Shown here in pieces: positions 12,479 to 24,255 of a stretch of DNA of 64,000 nucleotides. A program made the translations under genes and the position numbers. The first letter of the stretch is position 1. Each line of letters begins with the position of its first letter. The notes below the pieces were generated by a model. The model was not told where the DNA came from and ran no database searches. It saw only the letters and a list, made by a program, of their open reading frames with translations. Origin of the DNA: Hypanus sabinus (taxonomy: Eukaryota); assembly GCF_030144855.1 (NCBI RefSeq), contig NC_082709.1, forward strand, positions 13,330,001-13,394,000, in the 5' to 3' direction.

Positions 12479-12692
12479 TAATGCACCATCAATAACTCTC
12501 AGAGACGTGAGGCGAGATATAGGTTTTTATTGGCTGGAAGAAAGAACAAGCTGCAATTGACCACCACACTGCATCCTGGAGACTGAGGCAGGGGCGTTGT
12601 CTCCAATCACCTTTATACCGGGGTCTGTGGGAGGAGCCACAGGAGCAGTCAGCGGGGGGGCGTGTCCAGACAGGTATATGTAGTTCACCACA
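12479..12692 (-). mobile_element. Solo LTR of the family represented at 54437-58918
   Basis: Colinear with LTRs 54437-54653 and 58699-58918; 5-bp TSD gacaa (12474-12478, 12693-12697). Confidence 0.92.
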
Positions 12693-14189
12693 GACAATGA
12701 GGGTGCCAACATACCTCTGGATGAGCCAGAGGCACCTGTGGTTCTTCCAACCATGGAACAAAGGACCCAAGCTGGGTGTCTTTTCCAAGATCCAGACAGG
12801 CTCACAATGCTGGCTTTAGTGAATTCCGGGCAGGGTTGGCTCTGTAGGATAACGTAATTGGGAGCAATGTACATAATTCGCAATCACCAACATTGAGTTG
12901 GGTTTCACTTTAAGAGACAGGTCTGTCGTGATAACATTGTTATGTAAGGATTTTTAGCACGCTTTGGTGCTGTAGGCTTTGGAGTTCAATAAAATGTGTT
13001 ATGGGTTTTGTTGAACATAAAATGCCTTACTTTGTTTTATTTGCATTAACCGACAGTACAGTAAAATGTTGTGCAAACCTTTATGCTATCGTGCCATCCC
13101 CTTCTGTCTTCCAGCTTGACCTTAATCTTGAAAGGAATGGTATAATTTCTATACTATTGTGCGGTCTATTTCATTGCTTATGAATGGATCAAACTTGTCT
13201 GGAAAGGAAAATATCTGTTAGAAGGTTGGCTTTCAGTGAAAATATAAAGGCAATTATTAAGTTATTACTTTGGAAATAATCAACACATCAAATTTCATTT
13301 GTTTTAGGCACTTCTAATCATAATTCATACATCACTATTGTTAAAGTTGTTATAGCTGGGGGCTGTGGTAGTAGTAGGGATAAGCTCCCACTACCTATTA
13401 AATGATCTCAATGGTGTGTGACTCAAATAGCCTTTGACAACCAAGTTTATCTCCTGGCCTTCATGTAGTTAGATACTAAGCTTGATGGGTCCACTTCTAC
13501 CGACGGGGGAAGGAACAAAAGCACCTTAAAACCAGTCAACCCCAAGCAATGACCCCCCACCCCCAATTATATAAATAATGAAAGCAGACTGCCGAAGCTT
13601 TTAGGCTTTGTAATCAAGGTGCTGGTAAAAAAAAAGGACATTCAATTCACAGAAATGGAATTCAAATTCATGTTTTCATTATATTGTTCTTTAGTTAAGT
13701 TGTTCATACAAATGTCACTTTAGCAGTTCATCAATAAGGCAACAGAAGTGAAATCAGGTCTTTACAAATTTTTAGATCTGAACACTTCAATCAGAAATAA
13801 CCATCAATTATAAAATAGCTTGAGTTAACTGCATTTGAGATGTCTGGCGGTGGAAGCTAACTCACAATTATAAATGGGGTAATGTTACATATAGATTGCA
13901 GCAAAGTACTATTGCCAGAAAATGAATTTGAAAGTATATGCTTTTTGCTAAAACTTTTAGCATTTTTCTTCCAATTTTGGATCAATATTTAGAAATACGT
14001 GTGGATGCAGGTCATAAGGAATCAACTTTTCACTCTATCTGAACCTAATTTTCTTAAAAGATGTCAAGTTTACGTTCAACAATTAAATCTTACTTTGCTA
14101 ATTGCAGGGATGTCCAAAGAAGGTTTTAAACTCCAGTTCAGTAGCAGGAGCATTACCATACTCTCTGATTCATACAAAATCTTTATAAC

Positions 14190-15205
14190 TCACTCTATAT
14201 CACTCCACATCAATACAGGTGCACCACAGGACTGCGTACTTAGTCCCTTGATCTACTCTCTTTATACTTACGACTGTCAGGCTAAGCAGAGCTCTAATGC
14301 CATATTTAAGTTTGCTGAAGCTGAATCAATCAGTATATAGAAGGGAGGTTGAAAATCTGGCTGAGTGGTGTCACAGCAACAACCTCCCATCCAATGTCAG
14401 CAACACCAAGGAGCTGACTATTGATATCAGGAGGAGGAAAGGGGATCAAAGATGGAGAAGATCAACAATCTTAAATTCATCTGTGTGATCGTTTCAGAGG
14501 ACTTGCCCTGGGCAATTGCAAAGAAAGCACAGCACACCTCTACTTCCTTAAAAGTTTGCAAAGTTTGCATGACATCTAAAACTTTGACAAATTCTTTTGA
14601 TGTATGGTAGAGAGTATATTGACTGGTTGTATTATAGCCTCATACGTAAACACTAATGTCCTTGAATGGAAATTCTAAGAAAAATAGTGGATATCATATG
14701 CAAAGCCCTCCCAACCATTGAGCACATATACACAAAGCACTGACACAGAAAAACAGCATCTCCTGAAAGACCCCCATCACCTAGGTCCTGCTCTCTTCTC
14801 ACTGCAGCCATCAGGAAGAAGGTACCAGAATCACAGGACTCACACCAGCAGGTTCAGGAACAGTTATTACCCCTCAACCATCATGCTCTTGAACCAGTGG
14901 GATAACTTCACTCAGCTTCACTTGCCTCATCAATGAAATGTTCCCACAACCAATGGACTTACTTACAAGGATTTGTCATCTCATGTTCTCAATATTTATT
15001 GATTATTTATTTATTATTATTGTTTTATTTTGTATTTGAACAGTTTATTGTCTTTTATACATCAGTTGTTTGTTCTTCATGTTGGGTGTGGTCTTTCATT
15101 GATTCTATACTTTTCTTGAATATACTGAGTAGAAAATGACAAAAAATGAATTTCAGTGTTTATATAGTGACCTATATGTATTTTGATAATAAATTTACTT
15201 TGAAC
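14190..15205 (+). mobile_element. Rex1/Babar-like LINE, 5'-truncated
   Basis: TGAPQDCVLSPLIYSLYTYDC, NTKELTIDIRR, PSGRRY...TSRFRNSYYP, then 3' UTR with ctttga repeats. Confidence 0.85.
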
Positions 15206-16140
15206 TTTGATATAGGAAAGAAAATAAGTACAGAAGATTTAAAAAAAATCTGGACATAGATGTGGAAAGAGTCAAAGAAGAGATTGCAAACGCACCTTTA
15301 AAAATTGCTGAAGTGTGAATTGTGCTTAGGAACTGAATGACAGCTTTCTGTTCATGAAAGGGAATGTGGTTAATCTGGATATTGCACAATATTTGTTGGA
15401 GAACCTATCCATGAGAATTGTGACTTGCTCTGTTGGCCTACTTTCACTATACTCCCTTATTTTCATCCCATGCCCTACACTACCACAAGTACACTTAACA
15501 TCCCTTTCAAATGAAACTTCCATCTTCAGACTTTCATCTAAAATTTGACAGAATTCCTCATCATCTGTTCAAGCTATCATCCCATCACCAATCTCCGTTC
15601 CTCTGCTAATTTCCTAAAGGCTCAATTGTTTTATGTTCATTTTAAGGCGTTGTACTTGAACCTTTTGAAACGGATTCATTCCTGTCATAACAAAGATATG
15701 GTTCTAATTAATCAGAAATGTCATTTTCCATGTCAATAACCAGCTTCTCTTCTTATCCCCTCTCTAGTTTTTGACATGGTTGATCACATTATCCACATAT
15801 CTACATATATCAACATATATCAACATATCTACACTGGTTTTCAGCTCAGTAAGAACACTTCTGGTTTGCTTAACTCAAAATGATTAAATTGATCATTTTT
15901 CCTGCCCCTGTCCCTCCCATGTTCCTGAAGGGGTAAATGGGTTAGTCTTATGTAAACTAAAGTTAATTCATCAGTTTTTGCCAATATTTAAAACTGCAAA
16001 TAATTCTTTCAGTTATATTTTACATGGACAGGAAAATCTACTGAAAATGCTGCCTATCTTGTTGATATTCTGCCACTAGGAGTGTATTTTATTAAGTAAA
16101 CAAAAATGTTTTAAAGTCATGCCTTAATAAAAAATATTAC

Positions 16141-16335
16141 CTCTGCTTTGCACCTCTATGCAATCAGTGGGCCATCCATTCAATGAAAGATTATTGTACT
16201 GCTCTTGTTGAAGAGCTGTAACATCAATTAGACAGTCAGCCAAACTCCATTCAAAAACGGCATGAGAGTCAAGAAGTCGAGTCCTAGCTCTTTGTTTATC
16301 GCACTCAGTGGCATGACAGTGAAAAAGGAGTGAAA
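16141..16335 (-). CDS. Candidate internal exon of an unidentified host gene
   Basis: Acceptor ttttattgtttttcAG and donor AG/GTaat; 195 nt, phase 1-1, open in one frame; lies in a repeat-poor island; no recognised homology. Confidence 0.25.
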
Positions 16336-19237
16336 CTGAAAAACAATAAAATACAGTGCAATTAAAGTCGTGTTCCATTCACGCAAGTAAGTACACACAG
16401 TTAAGTGGGAACTTGGTTAATTTTCCCGCACTTAAGTATTACAGGATTCCTGACAGGTAAGTAGTATGTGTAAACTATTAGCATGCAGATTAATGTCTAA
16501 TAAACACAAAAGCAACATTTTGTTTCAGCAAAATCTTATTGATACCTTTAGATTAACATCTAAATAATATAACATCAACTTAATGAATTGTCTTGTAGTG
16601 TCACTTAGTCGCTTCTCCAACACTCTGCTGGGGAAACAACAGGATGGCTTTAGATAACTTCTTTAGCTCCTGGCAGAACCCTCTGGTCTTCTGCCAGCCA
16701 AAGTGCTTTCCCACTTACTATTTCCTCAATGCACAGGAAGTAGCCTAATACAGATCTGAAACTGCCTATTTTAAAATAAAAGCTGAATGTGCTTAACCAC
16801 ATAGAAAAAATATAAAGCAATTGCCTGCAGTGCAGAACAATCATAATATTTAATTGTACTTTATTATTTTATGGAGCTGAGGGATTCTGGAAGTGCGGAT
16901 ACTGGCAGGGATTGCAGCAGTTGGATTCTGAAAAGTGAAAGTGTCTGAATTGTTTGGTTTTCTACTCATTTGCAATGATACTTAGGATGCCTATTGCCTG
17001 GGACCAGCAGTTTAATTCCAAAGGGACGATAGCACCTAACTTCACAGAGCGCATGAAGTAAGTTTTCACTGAGTGTGGACTGACAATACATACTCCTGAC
17101 AGGACACCTCTTCTCCTTAGAATTAAGCCAATAGGTTGAATGTACAAAATAAAAGGCCTGACGTAGCTTGCTGGTTTCATTGGCATTGTAATCCTGACCT
17201 GTCGGATTCTTGGCCAGAAGGGCATCCATGCCTGAGATAACAGGAAGCCAAACCAGTGGAATGTATGTTCTTTCCACAAATCAGAAGTAACTTTAATCTG
17301 AATTGAGGGCTTTGTTCTTCTGAGATGTTAAGTATTGTTGCATGAATTAAGTCATTGGAGAAAAGTATTGGTAGTTATGAAGCTCCCTCTTTATTCAACA
17401 AAACAGGATACAGCAGGCATCATATTGAGACACTTTCGGTGAAAAGGTCTGGCTAGCCCACACTACCTGATACTTTATGTGCTAAGCATCAAGGGACAAT
17501 TCCATATCTACAATGCCTCCACAATGGTCTCTTTGAAATTGCACACAAACATCACACCTGATTCACACCCACACCAAATGCATCTAAATGAATTTTCTTC
17601 GGCATTTTTTGGTTGTGATTCAAAGTTTTAGGAATCTATTGTGCTGAGCAGCATTTTAATTTAAATCTACAATCTATTCAAATTTGAAGATTGCTAGCTA
17701 AAGTAATTTGGTGGATGTGCTAAACCCAAAAATTGCTCCGACACTAAGCAACTCATTTTCCTCCATGCACCGTCTGCATACAGAACAGGATGATTATTTA
17801 GTAATATAGCATGGTACAGGCCCTTCTGGCACAATGAGCTCACGCTGTCCAATTACACCCATGTGACCAATTCACCAATAACCCATACTGCCACTAGCCC
17901 CATAGCCACTGCGGCTTGCTGTAAAGCGTTGAACTTCTAGGGTTTTTGAGCACCTATATTTACTAATTGTTATCTTAACTAGAGACGATTGCCCCATGTG
18001 TTTTCAGTTTAATCTTGTCAACGTAATTGTGGTTTCCCACGATCTCTGACTATTTAAAGAGGACACTCATTTAGTGCTTTAACAGAGTCTTGTGTTGGAG
18101 AGAATGAGTTGTCTTGCTGTGTCACTCAGTTGCTCCTCCAAGGCTCTGTCGCAGTTACAACACCTAACCAACTGTTTCCGCCTCCTCCTGTAGATCCTCC
18201 CACTCCTCCTCCCTTGGGTTGAGACATGAGCCTGCACCTACAACTCCTCAAATGAGTCAGCACCAGTGACCTCCATGATAGAGAAAGCCCATCGTTCCTC
18301 TGCAATTGAGTCCTGTCTTCAGCGAGACCACTGTGACACATATGTCCTTGGAATGTGGGTGTACCTTTATCCAACCCACCTCAGAGGGAGGTTGTGGTGG
18401 ACAGGGTGCTGAAGGATATACTGTGGGTGGAGGGCAGAAGACATTTCTCATAATTTTATGAGTAGTATAAGCCCATTTCAGTTACACAAAAAAGCATCAA
18501 AAAACAGTCAATAGTCAATAATTCATCTCAGTTTATGGGCAGATTACTGACTACTGTTGTACTTAATATCTGCTGCAGATAACTGCGACTGCTTCAAATA
18601 TGCTGGAGACCTTGGAACTCTACTTCAATAACATGGGGAACGGTCAGTTGGTTCATTTCTGTTCTTCAAGTATTCATAACCATCTTTCCAGCCCCTGGAT
18701 GGCTAATCAATCAGTTTCTATTTTAGATCCTGATTGGCTGTGTTGTATTCATTCAAAAATCTTACAAATATGCTAATTTCAGTTTAATTTGCTTTTCTTG
18801 TGTATTGGATTCTCCAGTTAATCCAACAATTTAACTAAATATGCTAATTGTAGGCTTAATGTTTTGTCTTCTTCAGTTAAGTATTCATGAATAGGCATCA
18901 GTCTTTAAACATTTTGATAAGAGTTCTACTACAGCTCAGCTTTTTGTTGGAGCAGTGCAATATTCAATTTCCATTAATTTTGCTTGACTGTATGCACTCA
19001 CATTGAGCATCGTGGTTTCACAGTGTTTGATTTTCATTTGCAGTAGACCTTGTGTTTACTTCGGTTAGCCTTCAGTAATTATGAAACATCTTTAGGCTTG
19101 TGCAATGGCTTTGAATAAGCAAACAAAACTAGAAAATATTGGAAATGCTCAGCAGATCAGTAAGCCTCTTTGGCCAGGGTGGTTATGGATGTGGAAAGAT
19201 GTTTCCTTCTATGGGAATATCCAGGGCAACTTGTTCC

Positions 19238-19612
19238 TTCATCATGTGTGCCCTGTCGTATGACAAAGGCAGTCATGATCTTTCCATGACCGCGATTGTT
19301 CTTGGCAAATTTTTCTACAGAAGTGGTTTGCCATTGCCTTCTTCTGGGCGGTGTCTTTACAAGACGGGTGACCCCAGCCATTACCAGTACTCTTCAGAGA
19401 TTTTCTGCCTGGCATCAGTGGTTGCATAACCAGGGCTTGTGATCTGCACCAGCTGCTCATACGACCGTTCTACCTTCTCACCTCATGGCTTCATGTGACC
19501 CTGATTGGTGGGTGGTTAAGCAGGTACTCTCCCAAGAGTGACCTGCAGGCGAATGGAGGGAAGAAATGCCTCATACTTCCTTTGGTAGAGACATATCACT
19601 ACCCCACCAGCC
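19238..19612 (-). mobile_element. RTE-related non-autonomous element
   Basis: Minus strand has gaaggcaatggcaaaccacttctgtag (BovB/RTE-type 3' end); same family at 34917-35080, 35238-35600 and 44260-44430. Confidence 0.7.
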
Positions 19613-19844
19613 CTCAGATCAGTAGCATCGCTTAAAAATAAGGGTGATTATTTGAGACAGAAATTATGTGAATTTTTCTCTCTCAGAGAATTGCAAATCA
19701 TTGGATATTCTGTTCCTAATTTTTAAAGCAGAGATAAAATAGATTCTTTATATGCAGGGGTGTCAGAGTTGAGTCAAGGAGGTGAATAGTTCAGTCTTGA
19801 TTCCAATACACATATATATTGTAAAACAGCCTACTGTAACTTTG

Positions 19845-22315
19845 GAAGGCCAAACTTGAAGGCTAAATACCGGGTTAATGGCAGGATTGTTGACGGTGTG
19901 GAGGAACTGAGGGACTTCAGTGCCCAAATCCATAGATCGTCAAAGTCGCGGCACAAGTTGACAGTTAAAAAAGGCCTTCATTAGTGAGGGGATTGAGTTC
20001 AAGCACAGTGACATAAATTGCAGCTCTATAAAACTCCGGTTAGACCTCACTTGGAATATTGTGTTCTGTTCTGGTCACCTCATTATAGAAAGGATACAGC
20101 AAGCTTTATAGAGAGTGCAGCGGCGATTTACCAGGATGCTGCCTGAACTAAAGAGCATGTCTGTGAGAAAGGTTGAGCAAACCTGGGCTTTTTTCTTTGG
20201 AGTGAAGGAGCATAACAGACGACCTGATAAAGGTTACAATAATAAGATAAGAGGCATAGATCAAGTGGCCAGTGATAGACTTCATTCCTGGGGAGGAGGC
20301 ATAAGCTTAAGGGGGTTGGACAAAGGTATAGAGGGATGTTAGTGGTAGGTTTTTATACACAGGAAGTGTTAGGTGTGTAGAACTTCAGAATCAGAATTAG
20401 AATCAGGTTTAATTATCACTGGTATAAGTTGTGAAGTTTGTTGTTTTGCAGCAGCAGTACATTGCAATACATAACAATAAAAACTATAAATTATAATAAG
20501 AAATATATATATATATAAAAATAAGAAAATTAAATTAAATAAGTAGTGAATAAAGAGAATGGAAAAATACTGAAGTAGTGTTCATGGCTTCATTGTCCGT
20601 ACGACAAGGTCCTATGTAGGAGCCTGGACAGGAAGGTTCAGTTGCTTTACAATCGAGATGAGGTAGTAAATTGGATTAGACATTGGCTTTGTGGGAGAAG
20701 CCAGAGAGTGGCAGTAGATGGTTGCCTCTCTGACTGGAGCTTCTGACTAGTAGTGTTTCGCAGGGATCAGTGCTAGGTCCTTTGTTGTTTGTCATCTAAT
20801 CAATGATTGGATGACAATATGGTAAACTGGATCAGCAAATTTGCGGATGACACCAAGATTGGGGGTGCGGTGGACAGTGAGACAGGCTATCATAGCTTGC
20901 AGAGAGATCTGCATCAGCTGGGAAAAAGGGCTGAAAATGGCAGATGGAATTTAATGCAGACAAGTGTGAGATTTTACACTTTGGTAGGACCAACCAGGGT
21001 AGATCTTACGCGATGAATGATAGGGCACTGAGGAGTGTGGTAGAACAAAGGCACCTGGTAATACAGGTCCATAATTCATTGAAAGTAGTATCACAGGTAG
21101 ATATGGTTGTAAAGAAAGCTTTTGGCACTTTGGCCTTCGTAAATACAGGTAAATGTATTGAGCACAGGAGATGGGATGTTATATTGACATTATGTAAGAC
21201 ATTGGAGGTCTGATTTAGAGTATTGTGTGCACTTTTGGTCATCTACCTACAGGAAAGAGGTAAACAAAGTTGAAGAGTACAGGGAAAATTTACAAGAATG
21301 TTGCCAGGCCTGGAGGACCTGAGTGTAACATGCAGTAAGGTTTCACTGATAATATAATGGTTTCTGTAGAGCAACAATGTTTGGGTTATGTCTAGAGATA
21401 ACGGGGTCTGGAATGCTGTTGTTCTTTCTTGTGGGTCTGGAAGAGAGATTTTCGCAGTCGAGAGAAGACGCGAATGGACAGAGTTGGTAGATTGCCAGAT
21501 GGGGTAGGCTTGGAGTGAGGGTCCGAAGGGCAGCGACAATTGGAGGAGCTTGATGGTGGATGACCGGCTTGTCAGTGAGCTCCAACATTGCGCAATGGAT
21601 CGTTTCATAAGATTGGGCCCTTTTCCTTTTTTTTTCATTTTCTTTACTAACCCTAGTGTTAAAGTAAGAATTAGAAAGCTTAATTGTTTAATCACATATT
21701 GTATACTGTTTGTTATTTCGGGGTACTGATTTGTAACAGGAGACATTGCGCAGTATCCACCCAAATAAGATTTCATAAGTTTGGCTAGGCTGGGGGCTAT
21801 CACCCCCTAGATTAAGCCACTAGCCAAAGTGAGAGTTACATGAGTAAATTGGATTAAATAGTAAATGAGTAAATTGGAATAAAAAAATTGAATAGGTTGG
21901 GACTTTATTCATTGGAACATAGAAGATTGAGAGGAGATTTGACAGAGATATAGAAAATTATGAGGGGTATAGATAGAGTAAATGCAAGCAGGCTTTTTCC
22001 ACTGAGGTTGGGTGGCTCTACAACCAGAAATCATAGGTTAAGGGTGGAAGGTTAAAAGTTTAAGGGAAAATGAAAGGAAGTTTTTTCAATCAGAAGGCCG
22101 TGAGAGAGTGGAATGAGCTGCTAGCACAGGTGGTGCATGTGAGCTTGATTTTAATGTTTAAAATAAGTTTGGGTAGGTACTTGGATGGTAGGGGTATGGA
22201 GGGCTATGGTCCCAAGTGCAGGTTTTTAGGCGTAGGCAGTTTAAATTGTTTCAGAATGGACTTGATGGGCTGAAGGGCCTGTTTCTGCGCTGTATTTCTC
22301 TATGACTCTCTGACT
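19845..22315 (+). mobile_element. Cluster of CR1 LINE ORF2/3' fragments, interrupted by a Rex tail (about 20385-20600, minus) and a solo LTR
   Basis: ISKFADDTKIGG, MEFNADKCEILHFG, FFNQKAVREWNEL motifs; ends in tatgactc repeats. Confidence 0.85.
21324..21840. mobile_element. Solo LTR (517 bp)
   Basis: TGTAAC...GTTACA termini; 4-bp TSD tgag (21320-21323, 21841-21844); cleanly interrupts CR1 coding sequence. Confidence 0.85.
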
Positions 22316-22355
22316 CTAAATCTGATGGTGCAGGGGAAGAAGCTGTTTCTGAAAT

Positions 22356-22364
22356 TGTGTGTGT

Positions 22365-22411
<47 letters not shown>

Positions 22412-22440
22412 TCTCTCTCTCCCTCTCTCTCTCTCCCTCT
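22356..22440 (+). repeat. (TG)n(TC)n compound microsatellite
   Basis: Seen directly. Confidence 0.95.
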
Positions 22441-23051
22441 AGGCTCCTGTACCTCCGTCCTGATGGTAGCAATGAGGAGAGGGCATGGCCTGGGTGATGG
22501 GGGGTCCTTAATGATGGATGTCACCTTTTTGAGGCACCGCTTTTTGAAGGTGTCCTGCATGCTGGGGTGGTGAGTGCCCATGATAGAGCTGGCAGAGTTT
22601 ACAACTTTCTGTAGTGAATTACAATCCTGTGTAGTGGCTCCCTCCATACCAGATGGTGATGCAGCCAGTGAAAATGCTCTCCAAAGCAGATCTGTAGATA
22701 TTTGTGAGTGTCTTTGGTGACATGCATATTCTCCTCAAACTCCTGATCTTGTTGTGCCTTCTTTGTAACTGCATCGATATGTGGGGCCCAGGATAGAGCA
22801 TCAGAGATGTTCACACCCAGGAATTTAAAATTACTCACTATTTCTACGTCTGTTCCCTCTGTGAGGACTACGGTGTGTTCTCATCTTACTCTTTCTGAAG
22901 TCCACAATCATTTCTTTGGTCTTACTGACATTGAGTGCAAGTTTGTTGCTGTGACACCACTCAACCAGCTTATCTATCTCACACCTGTACACCTCTTTAT
23001 CAGCATCTGAAATTCTGCCAACAGTAGTTGTGTCATCAGTAAATTTATAGA

Positions 23052-23359
23052 GCAAACACGAGGAAATCTGCAGATGCTGGAAATTCAAACAACACACACA
23101 AAATGCCGGTGGAACACAGCAGGCCGGGCAGCATCTATAGGAAGAAGCACTGTTGACGTTTCCGGCCGAGACCCTTCGTCAGGATTAACTGAAAGGAAAG
23201 ATACTAAATGATTTGACCTCCGTCCAATACTTTCAAATCTCTTAGTATCTCTCCTTTCGGTTAGTCCTGGCGAAGGCTCTCGGCCCGAAACGTCGACAGT
23301 GCTTCTCCCTATAGATGCTGCCTGGCCTGCTGCGTTCCACCAGCATTTTGTGTGTGTTG
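23052..23359. mobile_element. Penelope-like inverted pLTR hairpin with hammerhead motifs
   Basis: Arms of ~127 bp at 23090-23216 and 23233-23359; perfect 14-bp TSD agtaaatttataga (23038-23051, 23360-23373). Confidence 0.88.
23152..23186 (-). ncRNA. Minimal type I hammerhead ribozyme motif (slightly degenerate)
   Basis: Minus strand atc-CTGACGA-agggtctcggccg-GAAA-cg-TC-aac retains the CUGANGA/GAAA/UH core; stems carry mismatches. Confidence 0.55.
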
Positions 23360-24255
23360 AGTAAATTTATAGATGGTGTTTGAGCCTTGTCAAGCCACAC
23401 AATTGTGCTTATAGAGAGAACAGAGCAGTGCGCTAAGCATACATCCTTGAGGTGTGCTTACTGTTGATTGTCAGCGATCAGAAGACGTTATTCCCGATCC
23501 GCAATGACTGTAGTCTGCCGGTGAGGAAGTCAAGGATCCAATTGCAGAGGAATTGCAATTTCCATTAGTGGTATAGGCAGTTACATTAGGGATTTTTAAC
23601 AGACTCCTAAACAGGTACATGAATGAAAGAAAAATGGAGGACTATGTAGGAGGGAAGGGTTAGATTGTGTAGGTTAAAGGGATGCCACAACATCATGGGT
23701 CAAAGGGCCTGTACTGTGGCATACTGTTTTATGTTCTGTATGATGAAGAAACACAATGTTTCAAAGTGATGATCTTTCCTCATTGACCATTGACTTGAAA
23801 CATTCACTCAATTTCTCCCTCCACAGATGCTGCCTGGCTTGCTCGGTATTTTCAACTTTTCCAGTTTATTTCAGAAGTTCAGCATTCAGAATTTTTTCCT
23901 TCTGAAGAGAGAACTGTTGTTTTGAAGAGAGAACCCATCAGCAATCCTGTCAAAATGTCCCCCACTGCACTATTTCTGTATGTTTGGATAACTAAACTGG
24001 GCTAGATATGTCTCTTGATATTCACTTCCTTCAACAGTCATTTTAAAACTGAAGCTTCTTTCATATCTTTCCCTGTGGATTAAATACCCTTTTAAGATTA
24101 AGATCATGTCTTTGAATGAATAAAAAGACTATATTTACATAGTACTTTCCACATTTCTGTCAGTGAGAAAAAGGAATATTAAAATATAGGGATAAGACCT
24201 ATGAGACTGCATCTCCACTCAATATGATTATGGCTGACCATCTAAAATCAATATC

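Larger units (their letters stand above)
8250..13054 (+). mobile_element. Degenerate Gypsy LTR retrotransposon, CsRN1-like
   Basis: LTRs about 8250-8439 and 12843-13054 share aaggattttt..gcac.ctttggtg.tgt..gctttggagttcaata; PBS-like tggtgacc at 8441 (tRNA-Trp type); G-rich PPT-like tract before the 3' LTR; gag MSVNAVILKL, protease FLCDAGAQVSVLP, RT YPIPHIHDF, RNase H TTDASDY. Confidence 0.85.
22318..23552 (-). mobile_element. Rex1/Babar-like LINE fragment
   Basis: YKFTDDTTTVG, LNVSKTKEMIVDFRK, FKFLGVNIS, ESIFTGCITIWYG, LPSGRRYRSL. Confidence 0.85.

Noticed and set aside
21243-21803. 186-aa ORF
   Set aside because: Runs across a solo LTR and antisense CR1 sequence; no recognisable domain
22251-22573. 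ER- or SL-repeat proteins
   Set aside because: Translations of the (TC)n microsatellite
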